A stretch of 64,000 nucleotides of DNA, from NCBI RefSeq assembly GCF_000497125.1, contig NC_090603.1, positions 434,001 to 498,000 of the forward strand. Direction: 5' to 3'. Under the pieces are notes generated by a model. It did no database searches, had not been told where the DNA came from, and worked only from the letters and a program-made list of their open reading frames with translations. The position numbers were made by a program, and so were the translations under genes. This DNA comes from Spironucleus salmonicida (lineage: Eukaryota). Below are positions 36,926-50,132 of this stretch, in pieces (position 1 is the first letter of the stretch; every line of letters starts with the position of its first letter).

Positions 36926-37342
36926 TCACTTTCTAAATAATTTTTCATTATACTTGCTAATTTTTTCAATTATCTTATTTTTAGACTACATTTCATTACT
37001 CAACTTTAGCCTTTTTCTCAAAATAAGAGTAAAAATTTGTTGTCTTAAATTTGTACCCTTAGAACACTAAACTAATGTTTCTAAATTAACATTCGACTGG
37101 CAGAAGCTCTTGAAATCTATATCACTGTAATTTTTTGTATCAGCATAATCCTAGAAATCTGGAAGCATAACAAGTTGTTGGTGACCATTTGATTAAATAA
37201 ATTAAATTGTTGCACTATGTGATAACTTTAAAATGTATCGAATAACGTCTTAAATAGTAGTTTCTACTGACTAGTTAGACCGTTTAAAACTCAGGATGCA
37301 GATTGCTACAGAGACAGAAAATTGTGTTATATTAACATCCAT
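36926..37342 (-). CDS. Hypothetical protein (138 aa)
   Basis: MDVNITQFSVSVAICILSFK...EKLFRK, ending AAG-TGA. Confidence 0.6.
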
Positions 37343-37463
37343 CTGCGAAGGTGGAGAGAAATAAATGGAAATATTATTATAAGTATAAATAATTTATAAT
37401 AATTATATTGTTAGTTATTAGTATAATTATACCCTAATATAATTAATACTTAAGAAAAACAAA

Positions 37464-38801
37464 ATGAACCCATAAAAAATGTTCCGCAGGCGAAAAATAG
37501 AAGGATTAGGATTCTAACTTACGCCAAACGATCCATTACTTGTATTAAATTAGTAGAAACCTAGCTCTTCTACTTAAGGTATTTATAAACTTAAGGATAA
37601 TAATTTTGAGCTAAACTCTAAGCAGTATAACATGTTAAAACAGTAAAATATATAACTTTAACATTAATATTCAATTTAGACACACTAAATAGAATCAATG
37701 AGACTAGAAATAGATCAAATTCAAAAGAATACAATAGACATATTCAAGTATGAGCAACTTCAAAAAGAACTATTTTAACACTAAATTTATCTTAAAAATC
37801 TATAAGAAAAGATACAAGAACTATAGTCTGAAAATTCACATCTGATATCTAGCTCAGCAGACTCTATTTTGAAAAATTAACTTAGGTAAACAATTTAGGA
37901 TATGCATTCAGTACAGTACAAATATGACTAATTATAAACTAACTCTGAATAGTAATAATTAATATTAAGGGATAAATTATGTGATTTGGAGAAAACATAT
38001 TGCGAAACTAAATTTGACCTGGAGAATTAAGTTTTTAAGCTTAAAGATGGTTAAATGAAAATATTCAAAGAGTGTGAAACTTAAGTCAAAGACTCACGTA
38101 TCTAAATTAAAGATATCGAAGAGTAATATCTTTAAATGAAAGAAAAAACCATATAACAATAAATTTAACTCAATTAAATACCTGTTTTATAAGACTAGAT
38201 TGATTAAGAGAGAAAACGTTAGTTAACTAAAGAAAATGAGTTTTATTTACTAGAAAAAGAGTATTAAGAATAATTATAGTAACTATAGTTATTGATTCCT
38301 GCTAAAAAGGTATCACGATTTTCATTTCTTGCACCATAAATAATATAAATAAGCGAAGACTTTAACGATTTGAAGTATTCACTTTTAAATGCCAAAAAAT
38401 GTCTATAAATAAAAATAAATATGAACACCTATTTACATTAGATTACCACCGTATCCTATTATGTTTACACTAAACATAGATCTAGCTCACCTGAAGTTTA
38501 TAAACCATAACTTGCGTAAAAAGATTAACAATCAAAACAGGCGTAAATAGATGTCTTGAAAAATCTTAATGCTGAACTTTAACATGATTACTAATAGGTA
38601 TTGAAAGAAAAGATCACATTAGATTTAGAGGTTTAGAAATTAAGAAAGTTATAATCCCGTGTTGAACAAGAAAATATTTATGAGAAAATTGAGGATCTTT
38701 AAAGAGATAATGAGATGTAAAAGAGTGTGATAAGTGACCTTTAACACAGTAGGCTCATAGATTAGGAGATTATAGACAAAATTAAACGAAAAAGTAAATG
38801 A
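37464..38801 (+). CDS. Coiled-coil protein (~445 aa)
   Basis: MNPQKMFRRRKIEGLGFQLTP...; Q/E/K-rich; in-frame TGA at 38799. Confidence 0.75.
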
Positions 38802-38874
38802 GTTTATTGTATTTAATTTTATATATTACTATACATATATTATGGTTTGTATATATTGTATATTTTCTTTTTAA

Positions 38875-40458
38875 ATGTACGGTATTGATCTAGGAACATC
38901 TAACTCGTGCGTGGCAACACTTAAAAATTAATAGACATTAATGGTTAAAAATGCATTAAATTAAGTTATTACCCCATCAATAATCGCATATACATAGAAA
39001 GGGATGCTATTCGGTTAAGAAGCCAAAAATTAGTTGATGATTAATCCAGGAAATACTATATACTCGACCAAAAGACTAATTGGTAGAAGATTTGAAGATT
39101 TTGAGGTCTAAAACTAAATTAAAGAAGCAACATATAGTATAATAAATTAGGGAAATAACCCAGTAATTAAAACATCTCTTTCACCATTTTTAACGCCAAC
39201 AACCGTGGCTTCTGAATTTTTATAGCATCTTACGAAAGACTTGCCATCAAAAGATGTTGTTATCACAGTCCCTGCTTATTTTAACAATTCTCAGAAAGAG
39301 CAAACTGCAAAGGCGGCAGAGCTAGCTAATCTCAAGGTTATCCGCCTCTTAGCCGAACCTACTGCAGCAGCTCTGGCATATAATGCTAAAAATTCTTCCA
39401 AAAAAGACGAAATCCTTCTGATTGTTGATCTTGGTGCTGGTACATTTGACGTATCTATTCTAGAAAAATCAGGTGATATATATTCAGTAATAGCATCATC
39501 TGGGAATAATTTCTTCGGTGGTGATGATTATACTAGTAAAATTTTTAGTGATTTTACCAAAAATAAGATACTGAGTCCGGAGCAAAAAGCAGATTTTTTT
39601 TAAATTTCAGAGCTCTGTAAGCACTAACTCTCCTCATAGAACAGTTTCTCGCACCCATTGGCGTCGATGACACGAACTCACTATGAATCACTCATTGCTG
39701 GACTGGATGACTAGTTGAAGTAACCGCTCTTACAAGCGATTTCAGACGCTAATATCAACAGCTCGAAAATAAGCAAAATACTTCTCGTAGGCGGCTAAAC
39801 TCGTTAACCTTCTGTCTAGAAGTATGTTGAAAAACTTCTTGGTAAACGCCCACTATCAATTTTGGACCCAGATCTTTGTGTAGCCTAAGGAGCAGCAATC
39901 TAGGGAGGAATAATTGCAAAAACGATAAATTCAGTACTTTTAGTGGATGTAGCTCCACTTTCTCTAGGGATTGAGACATTAGGTGGTAGTTTTGCTCCTA
40001 TTATTCCTAGAAACGCTCCGATTCCAGTACGCCAAACTTAGGTTTTCACAACGACACAGAATGACTAAGAAGAGGTTGTTATCAACGTTTATTAGGGAGA
40101 AAGATAGCTGGCCAGCTAGAACCATTTACTAGGAAGCTTTGCTCTCAAAAATATAAAGAAAGGTCTCAAAGGCTCAGCGCGAGTAGAAGTATGTTTTGAA
40201 GTAGATAAGAATGGGCTGGTAAAGGTAAGTGCTAAGGATTTAGAAACTGGAAGCAATCAGAATATTGAGATTACGGGTGGAATTTCCGGTGAAATTAAAG
40301 AAGTCTCACAGGAGGAAAAATAAAGAGATCGTGAGATTCTAGATAGAGAGACTCTGAAGCGTGAGATAAAGGAGCTTGGAGGAGAATTTGATGATTCTGA
40401 AAGTATAGTTAAATTACGTTAAATCGTTGAGAAGTTAAAGAGACGTAGTAAAAAGTGA
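38875..40458 (+). CDS. HSP70: HSP70, mitochondrial/DnaK-type, short and divergent (527 aa)
   Basis: [76 protein letters not shown]. Confidence 0.93.
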
Positions 40459-40467
40459 AGTATTTAT

Positions 40468-41379
40468 TCATTTTCTTTTGACGACTCCATCATCACCTTT
40501 GGACCAGGATGTTGGTATCTCAAAATCGCCCGGAAGAAGCTTCTTATAAGCAGCAGTAATTTAGTCAAATTTTTCAGCACAATCTTCACAGCCGCTATTT
40601 CTATCTGGATGATATTACTAAGCTAATTTTTTGTATCGGTTCTTGATTTCCTAATTCGATTATTTTCCCTCTAATTCAAGAATTTATAGGAGTTTTTACC
40701 TGTTGATTAGTTTATTTTCAGAACTATACACGTGTCCAGATGATGAAGCAAAAGCAAAACAGAATATAGCAGCAGAAATAATAACTAAGGACAAGATTAA
40801 CCATTTTGGTATTCTTGGGTGAGATTTTGGTTATTCTTTAGGGAAATTTTGTTACAAAGCCTTTTAAGATACCTATTTAAGTGATTTTTGATCTTTTTAA
40901 GCAGCAATCAACTTACCATCTGGTAAGAACCAAAGATTCATATTGTTTTTGAATATTTAGGAAGCAGATTCAAAAATTTAGTCCCTGCTCAATTTTAACA
41001 TTAAAATCAATGACTCAAGCTCAATTTCGTTCTTAATGATTAAAATTGGTTTGAGTTCACCTTTATAACTTGGAATATCTTTAAACGCTATTTTAGGGTA
41101 TTCCTCTGACTCTAGTGATGGAATATTCAGCTTTAAAGGAGATTATAGATATCCTATAAGATCATCAGATTATTCCTCACTATCGTAATGAAGATTTTGA
41201 CTCTTAGCTTAAGCAGAATACTGATAGGTTGGAGCGCGAAATTGGCCTGCCGGAATTTTAGGTAAAACAGGAACTATTTTTACCTGCTCTTTCTGATCAT
41301 CTTTTGATTAAGGCCCTGTTTTGTCGATTCTAGCAGACGATTTCTTTTGCTTCATTTACTATGCTCTAGTCAACGCCAT
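40468..41379 (-). CDS. Membrane-anchored DnaJ-domain protein (303 aa)
   Basis: TM WLILSLVIISAAIFCFAF, then EIKNRYKKLAQQYHPDRNSGCEDCAEKFDQITAAYKKL. Confidence 0.9.
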
Positions 41380-41452
41380 TCCACTCTGACTTTAAACAAT
41401 TTACTCTTATTCAATATATAATAATCATATTTATTTTACCACTCCTTTTTAA

Positions 41453-42499
41453 ATGCTCACCATTCTCACGCTCGTGAGCTCGCTCACGCCAGAGAATTTC
41501 ACGCAAGCGACCGCCGCACCGTCTCTCATTAAGTTCTATGCCCCGTGGTGCGGCCACTGCAAGCAGCTGGCCCCCGAATACGAGAAACTGTCGAATTTGG
41601 ACCTCCCGTTCGGCGTCTTCGAAGTCGATTGCTCCCAGTTCCAGTCGCTCTGCGAGGTGAACAAAATCGCTGGTTTCCCGGCTGTAATGTTCATTTTCAA
41701 CGGCAATAGCCACCTCTACGACGGCGACCGGCAGGCCCAGAAAATCGTCTCCTGGACCGAGAAAATGTCGAGGCCCGTGCTCTCCGAAAGCTCTCAAATC
41801 AACAAATCCGGCGTCTTTTTTACAGTTTCCACTCCTAATTTAGAAGCGGACGAGCACATATTCGCTTTCGCAAAAGGAAAATACGAAATCGAAGCCGTAA
41901 AATCCGAGGAAAGGGCGATAATCTGCCACTCCAACGGAACGGAAATTTCATCGGGTTTCGAAGGCGCCAAAACGTTCGTTTCGCGCAACGCCTTCGGCGC
42001 GTTCCCGGAGCTCACAACAGAAAATTTTGACGCTCTGATCGGCTCAAATTTGAAAATTCTCATTATATCAGTTGAGGAAATTGAAAATTTTGATAAATAA
42101 GCATACTTATAAATTGCAAATCAAATTCAAAATTCCATTCCTTGTTGGCTAAATGCGACAACTTTCCGCTCCTTTGCATCGAATTTTAACGCCCAAAACG
42201 GCGGAAAGGCCATCATAATCGACTACAGCGAGAGCGAGAAATTCTACGTTTCGGACATCGCGTCGCCGGCGCAATTCTTGTAGTTCCTGCGCGACGTGGA
42301 AGCTGGCAAAATCGAGCAATTCGTCGTCTCCAACGACTCCTCAAACTTCGTAAAGTATGCCAACTACATCCTGCTGACTATCGCGATTTGCGTAGTTGGC
42401 AGTGGCGTCGCTTTCGCATGGCGCTGCTTTAGCCAGAAGCCCGAGTTCGAGCCCGAGCTGCGCACGATTGCGCCAGCCGAAAACTCCACGCCAAAGTGA
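41453..42499 (+). CDS. PDI: Protein disulfide isomerase, single active site, C-terminal TM (348 aa)
   Basis: Signal peptide, FYAPWCGHCK, TM YILLTIAICVVGSGVAFAW. Two standard ORFs joined through TAA/TAG. Confidence 0.9.
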
Positions 42500-42508
42500 C
42501 ATTTTACC

Positions 42509-44713
42509 TCACTCGAAACGCAGTCTCAGCCTCCCCAGCCGCTCGTCAGCGAGCATTTCGTGCGCCTGGCAGAAGTCATCGACGGCGTGAAAGTTCACCA
42601 GCACGCCGTCCAGGTCAGCCCCCGGCACCGGCGCCGGCACGCCGCGCAGCAGCCACCGCGCCAAATCGCAGAGCGGCGCGTTCCGGCAGAGCGCTAGCAG
42701 TGCGCCGCCCAGCGCCGCGTCCTGCGCGTAGTAGCGCGCTAGAATTAGCAGCGCCCACGCCTGCGGCAGCTCCGCGCAGCCCAGGTCCACGCTGATCATC
42801 GCTGGGGTGTAATTTTCAGACAAAACCGCGCAGAGCATCATAATCAGCACGACCGAGTCCGGCTGGCCCTGCGTTGGAACATTTACGGCAAACTTGAACT
42901 AAAATTATACTGATATAATGGCCTCTAAGAGTTCGGCAGAAAATTCTGGGAACCTGTATAGGAGCTTGATGAGCGTTTGGAAGAGCTAGGCGGAGAATTC
43001 TTGGTCGATTTGGTAACTATAGAGATATTTTCCAACAAATGCGGAGCAATTTAGCAGAATGTGATAGTCGCTGGGTGAGAACGTTGCACCGAGCTTAATG
43101 ATCGTCTGGGCCACAATTTCGAAAACTAAAAACGAGTTTTCCGCGGAGAGCTGGACTTCATTCAGAACTGAGAGAAGCGAGACAATTTTATCTTTCTAGG
43201 TGATAAAACCGGCAATAAGCATGTTTCCGAGGTCAATTTCAGAGGAGTTATAAAGTTAATTTATTGAACAAATTATATCGTAAACAGTTGTGTAGATGTA
43301 ATTACTCTCAGGTATTAGAATAAGGAATTCTACTAGTTCATATGCTAACTTTTAGCTATCAAGTAAATTTAATTTGCCTTCTTATGCTAATAAATTTACT
43401 CTATGGAATAAAAATTTACTTAAATGGGCTATTTGCAGTTTAGATCTCATGCCACTCATTAGATTTATCTGATCCTGCACAATTTAAAGTGAAAAATCTA
43501 ACTTATTCTCGAATTTTGGTGATTACAAAATATGGCCTAATGCAAAACAGCACCAGGTATTTATTTCAGCGCTTTGTGAGTAGATTGCTCTGTAGCTTTC
43601 CACAATTTGACTTAAAATTTAGTTTTCCGCTCCTTTAAGTACTTTTAGCATGAGGACAACCTATAAGTTCTCAACAAAAAAGTCTTCGGTACTTTATATT
43701 TTCGGTAGGAAAAGTTTGGTTAATTTATCTTCCAATTGTGTTTAAATTAACATAGGGCCTAGTTTTCCGCATATTGCACTAAATACGCCACATGCGGCAC
43801 CTATTGTTGCAATGTCCTCTTCTAGTAACGATTCTAAAGGATTATAACCGTTAAAGTCTGTGTTGGTGTCTTAGTTTTCTCGAAATTCGAAGCGGAAAAC
43901 TGAAATAGCAAAGTCTAAGAGATTTTAAATTTCTAAAGATTCAAAGTTTGTATTTAGATTTATTAAGTATTTTATTGAAATTAAATTTTGTGTAGTATTA
44001 GAATTGCTGGCAAGATTACCAAAAGCAAATAATTTAATAGCTGGTTGAAATTGCAGAATGGCCTAAATGTATGATTGATAATCTTTTTTAATATTCTAAG
44101 TAGATTTTGATACTTTATCTGCAAAAAGTAGAATAGTACATAGTAGTTTATCGCTTTTTTAAAATTCATTTTTTAATGCATATGGAATAACAAACTGAAG
44201 GCATTTATAGTATGACGGTGGTGGAAATGGATATAGAGCATCAAAAAGACCATAAAATCCATCTTTTGTTAATAATAAGTTATAATGTTAATCAAAAAGT
44301 GAATCAAATATTTTTCTAGAAGAAATTTACACTCTAGATCTTCTGCAAATTGCAGCAAATGTAATATGATTCATTTATAGCGTTGTAAGCTGTCGTAATG
44401 GTACAATTTTCATTACTGAACAAAGCGACTCAACTGTCAGATCATAATTGTATACTTAAGTGATCTCAGCTATTTATTATGCTTAAACTATAAATTATAA
44501 ATCCGTAACCTTATTTTATACTAAAATTTCTGAAAAATACTTAATCTGGGATAATAGTAAGCAAACATATTCGGAATTATTAGTTTACTAAACTAAATTT
44601 AGTACTAATAAAAGAAAATCTTACTAATTTCTCATTTATATTAGTTATTCTGTAGCTTATTATAAAGTTAATTAAGATGTAGGCCGTAGAATCTCATTTA
44701 ATATATTATCCAT
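42509..44713 (-). CDS. Alpha-solenoid protein, possibly importin-beta/HEAT-like (~734 aa)
   Basis: MDNILNEILRPTSQLTLQQATEQLIQM... resembles a karyopherin N-terminus; in frame with ORF 42509-42850. Confidence 0.55.
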
Positions 44714-44783
44714 TATTTAAAGTGGGTTAAAATATATTATAATAATATGTTGTAAATAAGAATTAGCTGAAATAATAGACATT

Positions 44784-46697
44784 TCATTCACATAGCTCAT
44801 AAATTAATTCTCTACCACTAATGATCTAGTCGCTTATCAGATATACTTCAAAATCATATTCGTCTTCTATTCCTTTATTAAATATACTAACTTTACCATA
44901 TTTCTCTTCTAAATATTTCTCTACACTACAAATTTCAAATTCAGTTATACCTTAACTAATATAAATAAAAATCTTTTCTTTGGTTCTAAACTATTTTGCA
45001 TCAAAATCTTCAATTGCAGCACACTTTTCGCAATAAATATTGGCTTTAGAAGAAACTAGTTCATCTTATAATGTCCAACTTGATTTTGTAAGCTATGGCT
45101 TAAAGGGGAACTTAAATTATGGGTTTAGGAAACTAAGCTTTTAACTACTAACAATACTCTAAATTAAATTTAACACAAATGGTTAAAACTGGGTACTTGT
45201 ATTATCATAAATTTTTAGTGTGTCTGCATATTAAATGTCAAAATATTCAATAAATTTCTAACCAATACATCTATATTATTCATCAAGTGGTAATTTATTT
45301 TCATAGAATTCATTTTAGAGCATTTATTATTAAAATTTAATTTCGTCTTTACCTTTTGTAATTAAACTAAAAACTATGACTGCTAAAAATAATCTAGCTG
45401 AATCAATTACATCAAAATCTGGTCTTGTTGATAGTGAAAATAAAAATGACAATGTTTTTCTAGTTTCTGTTTACGAAATTGGTAACTCTAAGAATAACTT
45501 AAAATTATTTTATAATAACGTAGAAAACAATGAATTCTAAAATGATTATATATTACTAATTAACTATGATTTATTGTCAACGTATTTTGCAACTTTGAAT
45601 AAATTCCAAATTTAATTAGTACGCTATAGAATTAAAGGTTGCAACAATAGATTCTCATGATTAGTTAATTTTTATAAATTTATCTTTTAAGCGGTATTTG
45701 AAAATTCTAGCTATCCTTTTTTCAAACCATTAAAATCATTGAAAGTTTAAAACACTGAATTCACACCTTATATGATATTGTATCGAGATATAAATTATAA
45801 TGCCTTTTAATCTACTTCAACAGTTTCCCTTATCATTTCACTTTATTTTTCATATTGTATTTCAATATTAGGACTCTTATGCGAGAGATCTGTGAAAATA
45901 CTTGTGAATTCATTTGAAAAGAATAGCATTGACAATATGTCACACTTTCTATCTAAAACTATTAATTTTGCCGATTCATCGAAATCTTAAAATTCTAATT
46001 TAGATACTAATCCGGCTAATTAACTTCCCTTTTACGTGAACACTGAAGGTTTTATCTTTAAATTACAAAACAAATTCTCAAGCTTATTTTTCACCTATCC
46101 TTCATCAATTTAGCTTAATTTTGACTTGATATTTAAATTAATATAACGGTTTCTTACTGTGAAATCAATACTTAAAATTTCAGGTCGGCTGGATATTTCT
46201 TATAAATTTACCTTCTTTATTTGTTGTGAAATATGTTCATAATCAGATGTAAATGCAATAAAGCTACCTCTATACGAGTAGGGGTTGAACTGCTTATTAT
46301 TTCTAACACAGCATTTTTCTTACTGTCGTATTTTGATAACCTCTGTTAGTGACAAAATTGGAGCTCCACCAAAGTCTTGTGCAATTAAATTAACATTTTC
46401 AGGTGTTGGAATCAAAAAGTATATAGCAAAGGTTTCAATTTGTCGTTATCTATTTTTTGTGATGATATCAACAGTTAAAACTCTGTAATCTACCAGCTCA
46501 TCGTATGAAATGAGGTCTGATATGATTTTTAATGTATGCTAATCACAAATTAATGTAGCGAATGCACTTTTCTCCTCGAGAAAATCTAAAATCTTAGTCA
46601 GAAAACCACGTAATGGATGTATAATAGGTTATAGAAGAGGTGAATGATGTGCTGGGAAGATTGTATATAATGGATGTGTTTCGATAGTACGGTTCAT
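44784..46697 (-). CDS. Sec1/Munc18-family vesicle fusion protein (~637 aa)
   Basis: TLICDQHTLKIISDLISYDELVDYRVLTVDIITKNRQRQIETFAIYFLIPTPENVNLIAQDF is typical SM domain 1. Confidence 0.85.
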
Positions 46698-47525
46698 TCG
46701 TATGTGAGTGGAGTGTTAGTTAAGATTTAAGTATATAATAATATAAGTATATATTTTTAAAATTAATTATAAAGGTATAATTAAACATTATAATTCAATT
46801 ATATTAACATTTGCTATAATAGTATCTAAACCAAAAGATATGGAATATCTCTTTGCCTATTGTAAATATTTATACCGAAATAAGATTGATTCTTCAATAT
46901 TGGTTTACCTAATAACATATCTGAAAGCTAAACACTTACTTAACCGCAACATCGTTATTTTTAACTCTGAGTGTTTTGCAAACATCTACAATAAAAATTA
47001 ACATTAAACTAATTATTATTCACAATAACATTACTATATTTATAATATATATCAGATTCTATACATTACTTATCTAGAACATTTTTATTCTCCAGATTTT
47101 TGAAATTTACTTTACTAAGTTTTACTTTGCTTATAAACCATAAAACAGGTAATAACAAATCATATCCTCTATTTTTTACATCACTGTAATCTCATAGATT
47201 TTCAGTCACAATTTAATTAGCATTCCAGAATCTTACACGGCCCAAAAAAATTTACTTTTACGTTTAGCTCCAAAAGCTCCAAATACGAATTTTTTCCTAT
47301 TGTGCAATAAGCGCCTCAACTTCTAATTGAAAAATCCTATCAACTGATCCAATGAATTTAACGTATTTAGAACCTAAAATTTGTAGCCCTATACTTTATT
47401 ATTGTAGTAAATGCTAATTCATCACCAGAACCTCAAAAAGTACTAAAAATACCCCCTGGAAATCGATTTCTAGCAGTTATCAGTTTTTAATCAATAGAAT
47501 TTCTGAGCAAATAATCAACAAATTC

Positions 47526-47630
47526 TCATTCATTCATTCATTAATTTACTCATTCATTCAATCATTAATTAATTTACTCATTCATTCAATCAATAATTCA
47601 CTTACTTCATTCATTCAATAATTCACTAAC
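47526..47630. repeat. Degenerate (TCAT)n repeat 3' of SRP54
   Basis: tcattcattcattcattaatttactcattcattcaatc... with a duplicated ~30-bp unit. Confidence 0.8.
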
Positions 47631-47656
47631 TTCCCCCCATTTAAAACCCAATCCGC

Positions 47657-49222
47657 TCACTTCCTGCCCTGCGCCATTTTCTTCAGCTTCTTCATCTCCT
47701 TATCGCCGCCTGGCAGCAGCCCCATCTGCCTCAGCTGGCTCACGGCCTTGTCAGGATCGCCCCCGAAGTTCAGGCCCGGGATGTTGGGCATTCCTGGCAT
47801 CCCGCCGCCAAGCCCTCCCATCATCTTCTGCATTTGGCCCATCTGCTCTCGATTGATTCCGCCGCCGTCCACGCTCGCGTTCATCATCTGCTTCATCTGC
47901 TGCCCCATCTGATTCTTGCCGTAGCGCTTCGTCATTTCGCTGAACTGCTTCATCTGCCCCATGAATTCCTTCACGAAAGCGACCGGGAAACCGCTGCCTT
48001 TCGCGATTCGCAAAATTCGATTTTCGTAGTTCTTCTCCTTCTGCAGCAAAATCGGATGCGAATCTAATTCCATTTTGGTCATACTATCCATTATATATGT
48101 CCATTTGACCATCGCATTTGTCCCTTCCTTTTCCTCGTCGAAGCCGTACGCATCGGCGATTTTGCTCATCCCGGGGATCATTTCGATCAGTTTTTCCATT
48201 GGGCCCATTTTCAGCATTTCGGTGATTTGGACGCGAAAATCGCGAAATGTGAAGTTCCCGTCCATCATTTTCGAGAGCGATTTAATTTGCGATTTCTGGT
48301 CGATTTTGCTGCTCTGAATTTTGTCGAAAAGGCCCTTAAAATCGCCGAATCCGAGCAGTTTTTGGACGAAATTTTGGGCCTCAAAAGGCTCGAAATCGTC
48401 GAATTTTTCGCCGGTTCCCAAGAAAATAATCGGCGAATTCGTGGACGCCACGGCCGTCAGGGCGCCGCCAGAGCGCGTTGAGCCGTCCATTTTTGTCAGA
48501 ATTATCGAGCCGATGTTAACGGCCTTTTTGAAGGCCAGCGCCTGTTCCTGGCACGCCTGGCCGATGCTGGCGTCCACTACGAAAATGCGCTCCGTTGGCG
48601 TAATTGCGTTATCGATTTGCTTCATTTCGATTAGGAGGTCTTCTGACTGTTTGTGACGGCCTGAAGTGTCGATGATTATGAGGTTGAATTTGAGCTTTTT
48701 GAAGTGCGCCACGCCCTGCTGTGCGATTTTTATAGGGTTTTTCTCGGTGTATGAGCCGTAAAATGGCAGTTTTGCGGCCGTGCAATTTTGCTTTAGCTGG
48801 TCAAATGCACCCGCGCGGAACGTGTCACAGCAGACAACACCGACACGCCAATTTCTGCGTTTGTAGTAGGCGCCGTACTTCGTAGCGGTTGTGGTCTTTC
48901 CTTGACCTTGGAGACCGTAGAATGTAACGATATTCGTGTTTTTTGGATTTAGCGATTATGGTTTTTACGGTGTATCCAGTATTTTCACTAGCGCGCTTGC
49001 TAGGAGCTGGGGGATTTAAGTTTGGGGTTGCTATACGGTTTACAGCTGTTGGGTCAGATCTGCGCGGAGCTTGGCAACGATTTATGGCGAAATATCAGAT
49101 TCTTCCAGAGCCTGCGTTACATCGTATATAAGGGAGTCTATATACTCTTTTGGGTGTTTCTTCGAGTTCAGGGCTGAAGATAATGCTTTTGTGATCTTAT
49201 CTGATAATTCATTTAGTACCAT
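47657..49222 (-). CDS. SRP54: Signal recognition particle 54 kDa protein (521 aa)
   Basis: MVLNELSDKIT, GLQGQGKTTT, DTFRAGAFDQL, DTSGRH, TKMDG, GTGEK, Met-rich M domain. Confidence 0.96.
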
Positions 49223-49320
49223 GTTGTAGAGGAACGGCAATCATAAAAATATGTTAAATAATATACTTTAATTAGTAAATAATTAAATATTTAAAAATCC
49301 AAGTATTGAGTGCAGTTCGA

Positions 49321-49857
49321 TCATATAAGTTTACGCAAATTTATCTATTATAACTTCTTGAGTAACATATTAGTACTTATGTTGATAACATTGATTTCTT
49401 AATTTAAATACTCAACTCTACCAAGGAGCCTCGTAGATTCATGGATCAACAAGAAAATCTAGTTTAATAAATGTTAGTCTTTAATATCTTTTGATACAAG
49501 AGCAAAGTCAATAGTATCTCGTAAATTTTCTTTCCAGTGATTTATTTCTTCTTCCACTGTAAACATTGCTTGTTTTTTAAATGGTGTAATCGCATACTCC
49601 TAATCAACTACCATATGTTGCAAATTTGACACTTTCACTACATTTTAAACATTAACTATAGCAAAAGGCTTTCTACTAGAGACAAAATCAGCGCCAGACT
49701 AACTATTTGAAAAACTGTTTGATAAGAAGTCCATATTATCAAAAACCCGCGGTTTATTTAAAAGAATTCTTAGTGACTCTTTGTGTCTCAATACATCTGG
49801 TTCCTGATACTATTTTAACCTTTTATGAGAAGGTCCGCCTTTTACGAGCTTTTTCAT
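49321..49857 (-). CDS. Hypothetical protein (178 aa)
   Basis: MKKLVKGGPSHKRLK...INLRKLI-TGA, open in code 6. Confidence 0.7.
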
Positions 49858-50132
49858 TTTATTTATTGTAAAAATTATATTATAGATATAATTATAAAGT
49901 TGAGGTTAGAGCAAAGAATTTGACATGTATTATTATATAAATTTATAAATGTATTAAAAACTATATTTAGAATAATTAAAACATCGCACTAACTAATAAA
50001 AATTTAATACAGATTCTTTAAATAATTATAAATTAGAAGCATATATAAGATGAGAATCAAATATATATAATTTTATGAAATAATAATAAAAACATTTAAA
50101 TTTAATTCATAGTTTGCCATATTCTATCAATA

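Noticed and set aside
46840-47355. Possible + strand ORF between Sec1 and SRP54
   Set aside because: Interrupted by TGA at 47101, no recognisable motif and atypical composition.
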